The translations under genes and the position numbers were made by a program. This document shows positions 52,688 to 62,195 of a DNA stretch of 64,000 nt, in pieces (positions within the stretch are counted from its first letter, which is position 1; each line of letters begins with the position of its first letter). The notes under the pieces are model-generated. The model saw nothing but the letters and a program-made list of their open reading frames with translations, ran no database searches and was not told the DNA's origin. This stretch comes from Camelus ferus (Eukaryota), in assembly GCF_009834535.1 (NCBI RefSeq), contig NC_045697.1, positions 53,570,001 to 53,634,000 of the forward strand, given 5' to 3'.

Positions 52688-52836
52688 CTTAGGCAAGAAA
52701 TTTGTAGGTTTGTAGCAGAGTCCTCCAAAAAATTCAAAATTTGGTAAGAGTGGGTGAGGAAATTCAAAATCCCAATAGCTTCTTATCAAACACATTCCAG
52801 CTTTCCCCAACAATTCACACTACGTAGTGGGTTTTC
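52688..52836 (-). pseudogene. Orphan UGT2B-like exon 2 with premature stop
   Basis: ttctttttcag|GA AAA CCC ACT ACG TAG...CCT AAG|gtaaaa; exactly 149 nt; (G)[51 protein letters not shown] at 52820-52822. Confidence 0.9.
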
Positions 52837-53094
52837 CTGAAAAAGAAAACATGAAAAGAAAATTCATGACTTTGTGAATATTGGCCCCTATACACACTTT
52901 TTCTTAGAAGATACAGCAATAAAGCTTCAGGTCTCTGGAGGTCAAGACTTTCAATATATGCAAGTAGTTACAAAATTGAAACTGGCATATAACAAAACAA
53001 AACAAAACAAAAAAGCAAAAAAGCCATGCATGTGAGAGGGCTACATATGTAATAAAATATTCTCACCTCTACAGCCATTCTAGTGTCAAAGATT

Positions 53095-53608
53095 TGTCAA
53101 CTGAAATAAAATCACACAAAGTGAGAGTTGTGGGTTAAGTTTTATTGGGGGCAAAATAAGGACTATAGCCCAGGAGACAGCATTTCAGATAGGCCTGAGG
53201 AACTGCTCCGAAGAGTCACGGGGGAACATCAGTATGATACATGATGTTAATGAAGGGGATACGTGCAGTCAAGCACACATTTAGGCAGAGACTTGCTGCT
53301 GGTCACGAAGAGCAGATGTCACTGTTAATGATTTTAGTGCTTTTCTAGATATGAGGAGACATAAGAATTTGGGCAGACAAAATCTTCTCCTGAAAACATC
53401 CAACTAACTGTAGATAGACCTGTTCTGTTATTTTTCTCAGAGCGAAGAGTGCCTTATTCCTGACCTCCACCCTGAACTCTTTTCAGGGTGTGCTGGAGGT
53501 CAGCGGCTGCAGCAGCTTGTGATTTAATCCAAGAAGAGGTAGATGGCAAGTGCCAGCGTGTTCTAACCCTTGTAGAGGCACACGGCAAGTGCCAGTTTTT
53601 AGTTGGCA
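53095..53608 (-). mobile_element. Solo LTR, class I (ERV1), 514 bp
   Basis: Inverted termini TGTCAACT...AGTTGGCA, TSD GATT/GATC, minus-strand AATAAA at 53141-53146, internal repeat agagg.a.a.ggcaagtgccag. Confidence 0.8.
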
Positions 53609-55228
53609 GATCCATTAGATTCATTCCCATTCCACTTTCTATGTATCACAAATTCAAGAGAACTGATACATTACATTTCTAGGCCAATATTTCTGTAAAA
53701 TTACTTAAGTTTATGATAAATATTGTATTCTAATTGGCCATCTTTTCATTTTTCATCTTAATTCTTCCATCAGCATTAGGGTTGTGTCTCTTTTATATTT
53801 GTGACATTTTTTACTTTAATTCTATGGCATTTTAAACATGTTTTATTTTCTTGAATAACTGATGAGCCTCAACCTCCCAGAAAGACCCATATGACAGGGC
53901 TTCACCTGGGACATGTGCCCAGCTCAGAACCCACTTTGCTGCTCACTGAGAATAAAGAAATGTCCCAAAGTTGATGTAAGTAATTGAATAAGAACTTGTT
54001 TTCTGAAGATTATAATGATCTTCTATATTAAATATAAACCTGCAGCATAAAGAGTTTGCATTGTTCACACTTCTCTCAATCAGCCAGCCATGAAAGAATG
54101 AACAGATTACCCTTGGGAAACTGAATTTCCTTTAGGTATACAGGGAAAAGCAAGTGGAGAAACCCCAGTGTCTTAAGAGCCCTCCTTAATGATGCAGATC
54201 TCACCAGGAATCAACAAGCTTTCCCTTCCAAAGCTTCAAGACTCACACTCTCTTGTGTATCTTGCAGAAGAGAGATTATTGTGGGACCAAATTCCTAGGC
54301 CACCCGTGATCAGGAAAGTGTGTGATGAATGAGATGCATAAACGAAATGATGTCTTTCACCTCCATCTTCATGTCCTTTTCTCCCCTAGGTAACATGAAA
54401 CACTTGCATGTACTGATTATTTCAATTTAATGTACAGTGAAGGCTGCTTGATAACTGCCTGGAAAGAGGTCCACAAGGAGCTACCCCATGATTTAATTCA
54501 TCAAGTGCTTTTCCGTATCTAAGTGTGTGTCTCTGGTTTTCAGAAAAAAAAAAATACAAAAATTTGAAAAAAATGAAAAATATTACTAAGCACGTAGGAT
54601 TGGGTAGTAAGGGAAATTCACCAGCAAAAAACCTAAAATTTCTCTCATTTATATATTATAATTTGGCCAAGAGACCTCCTTTGTCAGTTTCTGTCTGTAG
54701 AGTAAATTAACAAAGCTGTTGACGATGCCTGTTCAAGAAGTGACATAAAACATTTGAAAAGTTAGACTGGAAAACTGACTTCGTTGCCAAATCAATTTGC
54801 AGTACATATAGAATCAGAAAACACATAACTGAGAGTAATAATTCTAATATTAATCCCCAAAGTTTTAGTTTTAATGAATTGTAATCCATTGAGAAGGAAA
54901 GAGTAATACTAATGTCCAGAGACAAGTCACTCACAAATAACCAATTTTCCCTCCTAACAGATATATTAGATCTAAGAAATAGCACACATATAATAATATA
55001 AAAATTTGAATCTAGAAGATATTGGAGACTTTGATTCTGAAAGTTGAAAGGAACCTTAATTATGAGTTCATAGAAACATTTAATTTTTAAGGCAAGCAAA
55101 GTTTACATAAAGTACTCATAGTTTCTTATACGTAAACTAGATTTTTTTTTTTACTAGAACCATGTTTGAAAGATGTGTTCCCTCATGACTGCCCTTCACT
55201 TAATTTTATATTTGATGAACTTACTTAT

Positions 55229-55701
55229 TGTAGTATATTGAAAATGACTATGTGTTCTTTGTAACTCCTCCTATCAAGTGTTGGAGGCTACTTCTCCACA
55301 CTTGGAATCTGGGCTTGACCCATGACTTATTTTTAAAACCCAACAGAAGGCAGAAGTGACATGTGTGACTTCCAAACTTGGCCTAGAACTTTAATATAAG
55401 CTGTTCTGGAATTCTGCTATCACCCGAATAAATCCAAGCTTGTCTGTAGGAGAGGCCACCTGAAAGTGAAAATCAAAGCTACCTGTCAATCTGCCTGAAG
55501 CCTTCTTGCATCATTCTGCCTTGCCCAAGCTGATCACTAACTGCAGCCTAATGAGTAAGCCCAGGCAAGTCCCAGCGAAGAAACACTTCCCGGAGCTCAG
55601 CCCAAATTGCTGATTCACAGGGCTGTGAGGAAAAATCTGGCTGCTATCTTAAAACCTACATTTTAGTATGGTGCGTTTCACACCAGTACATAACAGGGGC
55701 A
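55229..55701 (+). mobile_element. MaLR LTR (MLT1F/G/H-like)
   Basis: gaatctgggcttgacc...gcagaagtgacatgtgtgacttcca...cagcccaaattgctgattcacag...taacaggggca. Confidence 0.7.
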
Positions 55702-56449
55702 TTATGATTTATGTGTAACAAAGTGCATATGTAGCTTTTTAAATAAGCAAGCCCTGAAAATATTAGTGGATCATTGTCAAATTGGAGTGAGGTCTAGATT
55801 GTCACAGGCTTCTAGGTCACTTGTACAAACTTTCTATAATGGTTGATATATTTTGATTTAAAAGCTATCATGCTTTCATTTACTCAGAACTCTTAACAAA
55901 TATAAATCTTTTTTATTTTTGATTTTTATACTATACACACGTATATATTCTACAAACACAAAGAAAGTGAGGTTTCTTGACAAATGACGGAAGAAAAATG
56001 TAACAAATAAACAAGTGACATGCCTAATACTCCACTGTATTAAGATGAGACACAGGTACACCCTGGACTGTGGTAAATGACATTTTTACTACTTTCAGTC
56101 AGGGTGAATTGCGAAGAAATATATATGTCCATATAATGTTGGGAGAACGGTGATTAGTAGTTGTGACCTACTAGGCATTTGATGAATATGGTAAAAGTAG
56201 GAATTATGAGGAAAATGAATGCAGGTGCTTGTTTCTGTAGAATTCGTTCTTTGGAAAATATAATAATAAAGCAAGGATTTTAAACCATCAAATTAAAGGC
56301 TAAGTGAGGAAGCAAGAGGAGCCTCTTTGGCAGCATATAAAGAGATGCTCATCTCTTGAAGAAGGCATCCTCCCCCCTAAATTTTTTGTATTATTTTAAT
56401 ATAAGACATTTCCAGTACTGCTTAATTTTCCATCCTAGTTTGATCTTTT

Positions 56450-57150
56450 CCCAAGATCAGGACCCTACTTGAGAAAGAGCAGAATGTCCAGAATCAGAGA
56501 AATGGTTAATGCATGTGAAAATCTTGAATTCCTAGATGCCCCTGAGCCCTTTGAGTCCTCAGAAGTGTCCCACTCCTCTCTGTGAAGGGATGATAGCACC
56601 TCGCCATTGTGGGAGGATGACAGAGCGTCCTCTACCCCACAGGACATCGTGTGTCCTTCTCAGGAGCTGCTCTTATCTCCCCTCTTGGCCACAAGCCAAT
56701 AACTAGAGTCAAGTCACATTGTAATACAGTCAGGTACAAGGTGGGCCTACTAAGGGGCACAGTATAACTCAAAAGAACTGAAGGACCTACTCAATATTTA
56801 CCAGTAGGAAGTGGGAGGTTATATATGGAATTGCATGCTAAGGGACTGGATTAAAGAAAATAGAACATAAAGTTGTACAAGGAAACATTTTTAAATTTTT
56901 GAAACAGTCCCTCAGGATACAGGATTTATTACCTGTGTTCATACTCCAGGAGATGGTGGGAACAGACTACCTGTAGAAACTTGGAAAAAGTGATGGCCCA
57001 CAGGAAGTGAAACTGATGTTCTGGAAGTGTCATGGCAAACAGTGGAAGACAGAATCCAAATGATTAGAGTAGTGGACATATTAAGATAGATATGCTATGT
57101 AAGTCGGTAAAGTCTACCAAATGAGTCTTTATTGAAGCTTTAAGATGTTC
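56450..57150 (+). mobile_element. Decayed ERVL/MaLR internal gag-like remnant
   Basis: Degenerate KELKDLLNIYQ...ETWKK*WPT...SWQTVEDRIQ ERVL gag motifs. Confidence 0.6.
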
Positions 57151-57582
57151 AATGTGGTTGTCCTCTGAGGGAAGGATAGTTGGTAGTTACAAAACTGAGC
57201 TCAATATGTTAATTACAATCAAACCCTAAAATAGTAGAGACTAGATGATATCCATCAAGAAATTAAACCCTTGTCAGTTGCTTCGTTTGCAAATATTTTC
57301 TCAGTCCATGGGTTGTCTTTTTGGGTTTTTTTTTTTTTAAGGTTTCCTTTGCTGTGCAAAGGCTTATAAATTAGATTAGGTCCCATTTGTTTATTTTTAC
57401 TTTTATTTCTATTGCCTTGGGAGACTGAACTAGGAAAACATTGCTACAATTTATGTCAAAGAATGTTTTGCCTATGTTCTCTTCTAGGCATTTTGTGGTA
57501 TCATGTCTTATATTTAAGCCTTTTTTACTTTATTTCTGTGTATGACTTGAGAGAGTGTTCAAACATCATTGATTTACATGTG

Positions 57583-57970
57583 TGTCAGCCAAGGGAGGCT
57601 GAAGTGGGATTCTAGGAGGTGAGCGGCCCAACCGAAAAAATGTACGAGGAGCTGCCATACCATGAGACAGGCTTCACCCAGAGCGAACATGGAGTTTACA
57701 GCACTTTATTCTATTGCCACAAGGTAGTGTGCTCACTCTACGGTGCACCTGTCCTGCTTTTACCTATTTTCTGCCAGCACATGCGCAGTGTCATTTTCTT
57801 TGTTCATGAGGCTTACAGAATATCTCTAGTGTATGCATACATCTATTTGCTTTGTTCTAAATCTTATATAACTGATGCATGCATACAATCATTATTTACT
57901 TCATACTACAAACATGTTGTGATCATGGCCTTGGGTCCCACGGCCTTAACTCATCTCAAGGCCACTGATA
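57583..57970 (-). repeat. 3' LTR of the provirus (388 bp)
   Basis: TGTCAG...CTGATA; minus-strand TATATAAG (57863-57870) and AATAAA (57705-57710). Confidence 0.88.
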
Positions 57971-57979
57971 TTCACCTCC

Positions 57980-58540
57980 TAGGTCGTGGGAACCCTGGCC
58001 CATAGGGTGGAGCTTTGTGCCCAAAGACAACAACAATACAGAGTATAGCATCCTACCAGGTGGAGGCATTTACATTATAAGTAATGTTGGCACATAGCCC
58101 TTCTGGAAACCACCCCATTCTGCGGTTTGGAGCCTTGTGTTCAAACTGCTGCTCAATACAAAGAGGGCTTAAATTTCTCACTTTTACATGAACACTATTT
58201 GTCCATCCCCACCCATTCCATGCAATCCTTCCAATTGTGGGGGGGGGGGTTGCCCCACTCACGTCAGAGTGTCTTTTAAATAGTCTGTCGCTGCAAGTCC
58301 CAGGGTGATCTCACTGTCCTGTTGGCATTCCATCGAACCAAGGTGCTCCAATTAGCTCTGGACGCAGGGTGGAGGTGCCCCAGCAGTCTATCTCCTGCGT
58401 CTGTGGGAAGTTCAGTACAGACCCAACAGTGAGAGACACTGTGTACTTGCAAAAATGTGTGCACCCAGGAAAACATGGTATTTGCTATTACACTGGATGG
58501 AAGGACAGAGCAAAGGTGAACACCATGCTTGGCAAATCTC
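57980..58540 (-). pseudogene. env: env remnant (SU N-terminus fused to TM tail)
   Basis: ANTMFSWVHTFLQVHSVSHCWVCTELP (CxxC), N-glycan sequons NWS, NRT, NIT and NAS, then LVGCYTLYCCCLWAQSSTLWARVPTT* ending at the PPT; frameshifted. Confidence 0.75.
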
Positions 58541-58559
58541 TCACTTCTGGGAGGATGCA

Positions 58560-60371
58560 AGCCACTTTCTCATCTTGTAAGAGTACAGTGGCAGGAAGGG
58601 CTGTTCAACCTGGGCGGTAGTACCATACCAACCCGCCCATGGTAGGTTGGTTACACTCTGGGAGTGCTTCGGGAGCTATCAGTGGAATTGCCCAAAGCTG
58701 TAGGGCTTCTGCTCCTTTAAGTAGGGACACTCCTGTTTTCCCTAGAGTAACCTGTATATCAAAAGGCCATTCCCCCACTTGTGGGGTTACCTGCAGGGCT
58801 TTCTTTAGCCTGTTGCCCCATGGTTCCAAAAGGGCTAGCCAGGGGCCTTCAATCTGGACCTGATTCTTCCATGTCCAGGTGTCCTTTTGTCCTGAGTTCA
58901 ACACCCTAGTGTTGCATATTATTAATGTGTGCCCCACTATTGAGACATCAGAGGCATCCTTTATGGGCCCAGCTCTGAGCCTCCGAATGGTCCCTTGCAA
59001 TAACTTTTCCAGTGGGCTCATACCTGTACAGCAAGGTTGTTCATTCAAAAGACATACCGCCTGCAGCAAGACACTATTCCAGCCTCTCCCTTGTGGTTTG
59101 AGAGCCCTCAGTTTGTCCTTTAATATGCCATTATATCATTCAATCATGCCTGCTGCTTGGGGATGGTAAGGCACATGCAATGTCCAGTTAATATCATTTT
59201 CCTTGGCCCATTCTTGGGTCTGTTGGGCAGTAAAAGGGGTCCCTCTATCACTTTGTATTTCTAAGGGAGTCCCATAAAAGGCCTGTAAAACTTCCAATGC
59301 TGTAATAATAGCGTCTTGTGTAGCTCAGGGCACATGGTAGGCAAAACCTAGGCCAGTAGCGGTGTACACCACTGTCAGCAGGTACCACAACCCCGTACTA
59401 GGAGCAAAGGGGCCTATCTAATCTATTTGCCATACCAGCAGTGGCTGAATTCCCCTTGCAATCTTCCCCATCTGTTGGGGACATCGCCGCCGGTGCGGGT
59501 GCTTCTTAGCACACCATGGGCACTGTCGCACGGTATCTTTGGCTTCACTATGACTCAGATGTAGGCCCTACTGGTCAGCTACCTGCCTCATTGTGTACAA
59601 ACCTACATGACCAGGTTTCTTATGAAGCCAGGTACCTATGTCGGGTCCTGGAACCATGGCCTGTACAGGGCGAAGTTGGGCTAGCGCATCAGTAGCATCA
59701 TTGCTCGGTGCCAAGGCTGGGCAGTATCCCAGCACATGGTAAATAGTATACTGACCTTCTTGGCCTTTACCCTATAATTGTTTCCACATCTGTTGTCCCC
59801 ATGGGGGTCAGTGCCCAATCATCCAGTCTTACAGGGCCAATTGGGGTATCCACAAAGTGAGGCCTCAATACACAGCCCAACTATCCATGCAAATCTGTAA
59901 GGGGCTAGGTTCATTCATCAACACCATCTATACTGCCTGTAATTCAGCCCATTGGCTGGATTGGCCTTCTCCTGTCTCATACCAGAAGGCTTCAGTGGCA
60001 CGGTACAGTGCTACTGCAACCCAAGTGGGCGGACTGCCCCTACAAGATCCATCTGTATACCAAGCAGTTCCTGAGGGTGGCCCTTTCCCTTCACAAAAGG
60101 GACTGGGCACAGGGTCCACCCCTTGTTGTGGGAGCATCTGTACAGCAGGCACAGCAAATCTCACAGGCCATAACACCTGCTGCAACTCTGCAGCCAAGGG
60201 GCTAGTGGTATACTGAGCTATCTGTTCCAAATAAGCACCCCACTTCATCAGAGTTGGGATCTGGGCAGTTCCCAATTGGGGTTGCTTTGCCCATGTCTGT
60301 ACCCATCCTGCAATAGGGTATGTTGTCTGCACTTGGACCTCTTGCTTCCCCATCAGGGGTTCAGTGGCTAG
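58560..60371 (-). pseudogene. pol: pol remnant: connection/RNase H and integrase
   Basis: WYTDGS...SSQWAELQAV; WLHKKPGHVG...CPWC zinc finger; WQID, IQSDRG and GMIE DDE triad; several in-frame stops. Confidence 0.88.
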
Positions 60372-60439
60372 TCAGTTCAACATGTGGCCTCTGGTCGTCA
60401 GGGTGTCCCATGTCCCGAACACCTCAGCCTTCCTCCTAG

Positions 60440-61770
60440 CCTGGGAGGAAATCAGCAAAGGCCACCTCTCGGGCCTGATGGGAGGTTGGCAATGGAGTAT
60501 ATTGTTGCTCAGGCCATAATTTCTTCCATAAGGCCATTAGCACCTCCTAAGGCTGGCCATCTAATTTTATATGGTTCAAGCCAGCTGCCAGTAAATCACA
60601 CCATATCTACTGGCAATCTAGCTTTTGGGGCCCTCCCAAAATTGGAGCATTCCCCTTTTCTCCTCCTCTGAATTTCCCTTTCTGAGTCACTGCACCAGAG
60701 GAGGTCTTTGACTCACCTTGAGTCTTGGCAACATGTATCCCCTTTCGGCGCACCTCTACGTCCCACAGACTAGCCTCAGCCTTCATGTATGGGGCGGTCT
60801 ACATATGGTGCTAGTAGCGCCACCATGGTCCCAAACGTTCCCACTGGGCCATTAGCCAAAATCAAATCTTTCATCCAAGCTGTAAGGAGCTCATCATCTG
60901 GACTACGGAAATGCAAAGCAAACATCATCTGGCACATGCCCATTTCCCAGACAACTTGCGCTAAGTCCATTTACTCACATGTTCAGGCAAATTGTCCCAC
61001 ACAGTGCGTGCAGCAGCCACCAACCAGCTTATCAGTGTTATGGTTGCCAGCATCAGCATTAGACTGGGGAATAGTTTGCAGCTGTTGCCGCAATGAGGGG
61101 ATGGTTGTTATGCTGGCCAGCTGGCCCATCTCCTTCGGAGACAGCTCAGTCTGGTCAGCCCCATCATCCCAAAGGCACAGTAGCCATGTGGGGACTGACT
61201 CACCCGTACATTGTTTGCACTACTTTGCCAGGTCTCTCAATTCCGTTGATGTGTAAGACTTATAGGTGGTTTGTCATGTCACTTGCTGTGGTCCTGCAGG
61301 AGCTCCCCCCTGAGCCATGGGCTCCTCCAGTTCCACCTGCTGCCTCACCATGGGCCATAGATGCAGTGGAACAAGGGTAGGGGCCAGGCTTACCTCTCTT
61401 GGAGATGGTGGGACAGGAGACGCACAGGCTTTACCACTCTCGGAGGCAGCAGAGCTAGGACCATGCAGGCATCTTTCTGTTGTGCCGAGTCTCTGCTCAA
61501 GTTCCTCTTCCCTGCGCTGTAACTGCTCCACTTGTGCCTGCAATTCTCTCCTGTCTTGGCTAGCGCGCTGCAAAACCTACAAGAACACCCAGGCCACACT
61601 CCTGGCTGCCTCTCAGTGGGCTAGTGGGACATTATTTTCTAACAATTCCAGCGCCCTCCGTACTTCATCTGGAGGGGCGCCTCTGTGTCCCAATCCTCAG
61701 GCTGAGCCCATGTCAGCAAATAGGCTGCCACCAGGTACCATAGAGAGGTAGGGGACCACATAGTTTCCAT
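60440..61770 (-). pseudogene. gag: gag remnant, class III type
   Basis: METMWSPTSLWYLVAAYL start at 61770, coiled coil RRELQAQVEQLQRREEELEQRL, YTSTELRDLAK...WLLCLWDDGAD ERV-L/S capsid motif; stops and frameshifts. Confidence 0.8.
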
Positions 61771-61818
61771 CTAAGAATCCCCATCAGGGGCAGGGTGTTC
61801 AGAAGGGGCACTCACCCA

Positions 61819-61836
61819 ATCCTGCTCACAGCGCCA
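61819..61836 (-). promoter_or_regulatory. Primer-binding site for tRNA-Ser(CGA)
   Basis: Minus strand TGGCGCTGTGAGCAGGAT, 2 nt after the 5' LTR. The plus strand ATCCTGCTCACAGCGCCA equals the 3' end of mammalian tRNA-Ser(CGA) plus CCA as recalled. Followed by a GTGAGT splice donor (61810-61815). Confidence 0.88.
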
Positions 61837-61838
61837 AG

Positions 61839-61970
61839 TGTCAGCCAAGGGAGCTGAAGTGGGATTTGAGGAGGTTAGCGGCCCAACCAAAACAATGCCC
61901 AAGGAGCTGCCATACTGCGAGATCGTGGCCTTGGGTCCCACGGCCTTAACTCATCTTAAGTCCACTCACG
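61839..61970 (-). repeat. 5' LTR of the provirus, internally deleted (132 bp)
   Basis: Aligns to 57583-57667 and 57923-57970; 17 substitutions and 1 indel by hand count. Confidence 0.88.
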
Positions 61971-62195
61971 ATGCGGCAGTCCAGCTTTCCCAGCACCACT
62001 TGCTAAACAGTCTGTCTTTTCTCTATTGTATATTCATGACACTTTTTTGAAGCTTAACTGATGATAGGTGTGCGGTTCTTTATTTTTATATCCTCCTAAA
62101 AAAGTTTTGAAATGATTATTCTGAGTAATTTTTTTCCTATCTAAGTGTATGACATTCTCAACCTTTTTTCTCCCTATCAAAATAGTTGAATTTCA

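Larger units (their letters stand above)
57583..61970 (-). mobile_element. Deleted class III endogenous retrovirus, ERV-S-like, 4388 bp
   Basis: Paired LTRs beginning TGTCAG, 5-bp TSD ATGTG/ATGCG, tRNA-Ser PBS, PPT AGGAGGTGAA (57971-57980), and gag, RNase H, integrase and env remnants in the correct order. Confidence 0.9.
57261..62080 (-). mobile_element. L1 ORF2 fragment split by the provirus (57261-57582 and 61971-62080)
   Basis: cattgatttacATGTG [provirus] ATGCGgcagtccagctttcccagcaccact restores contiguous L1 antisense sequence. Confidence 0.85.

Noticed and set aside
58640..58960. Possible dUTPase between integrase and env, as in ERV-L
   Set aside because: No recognisable dUTPase motifs; an HMM search would decide.
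60789..61751. Plus-strand ORFs of 95-155 aa
   Set aside because: Antisense shadows of GC-rich gag.
61818..61836. tRNA-Ser gene
   Set aside because: Only the 3' 19 nt including CCA match, next to an LTR, so it is a primer-binding site.
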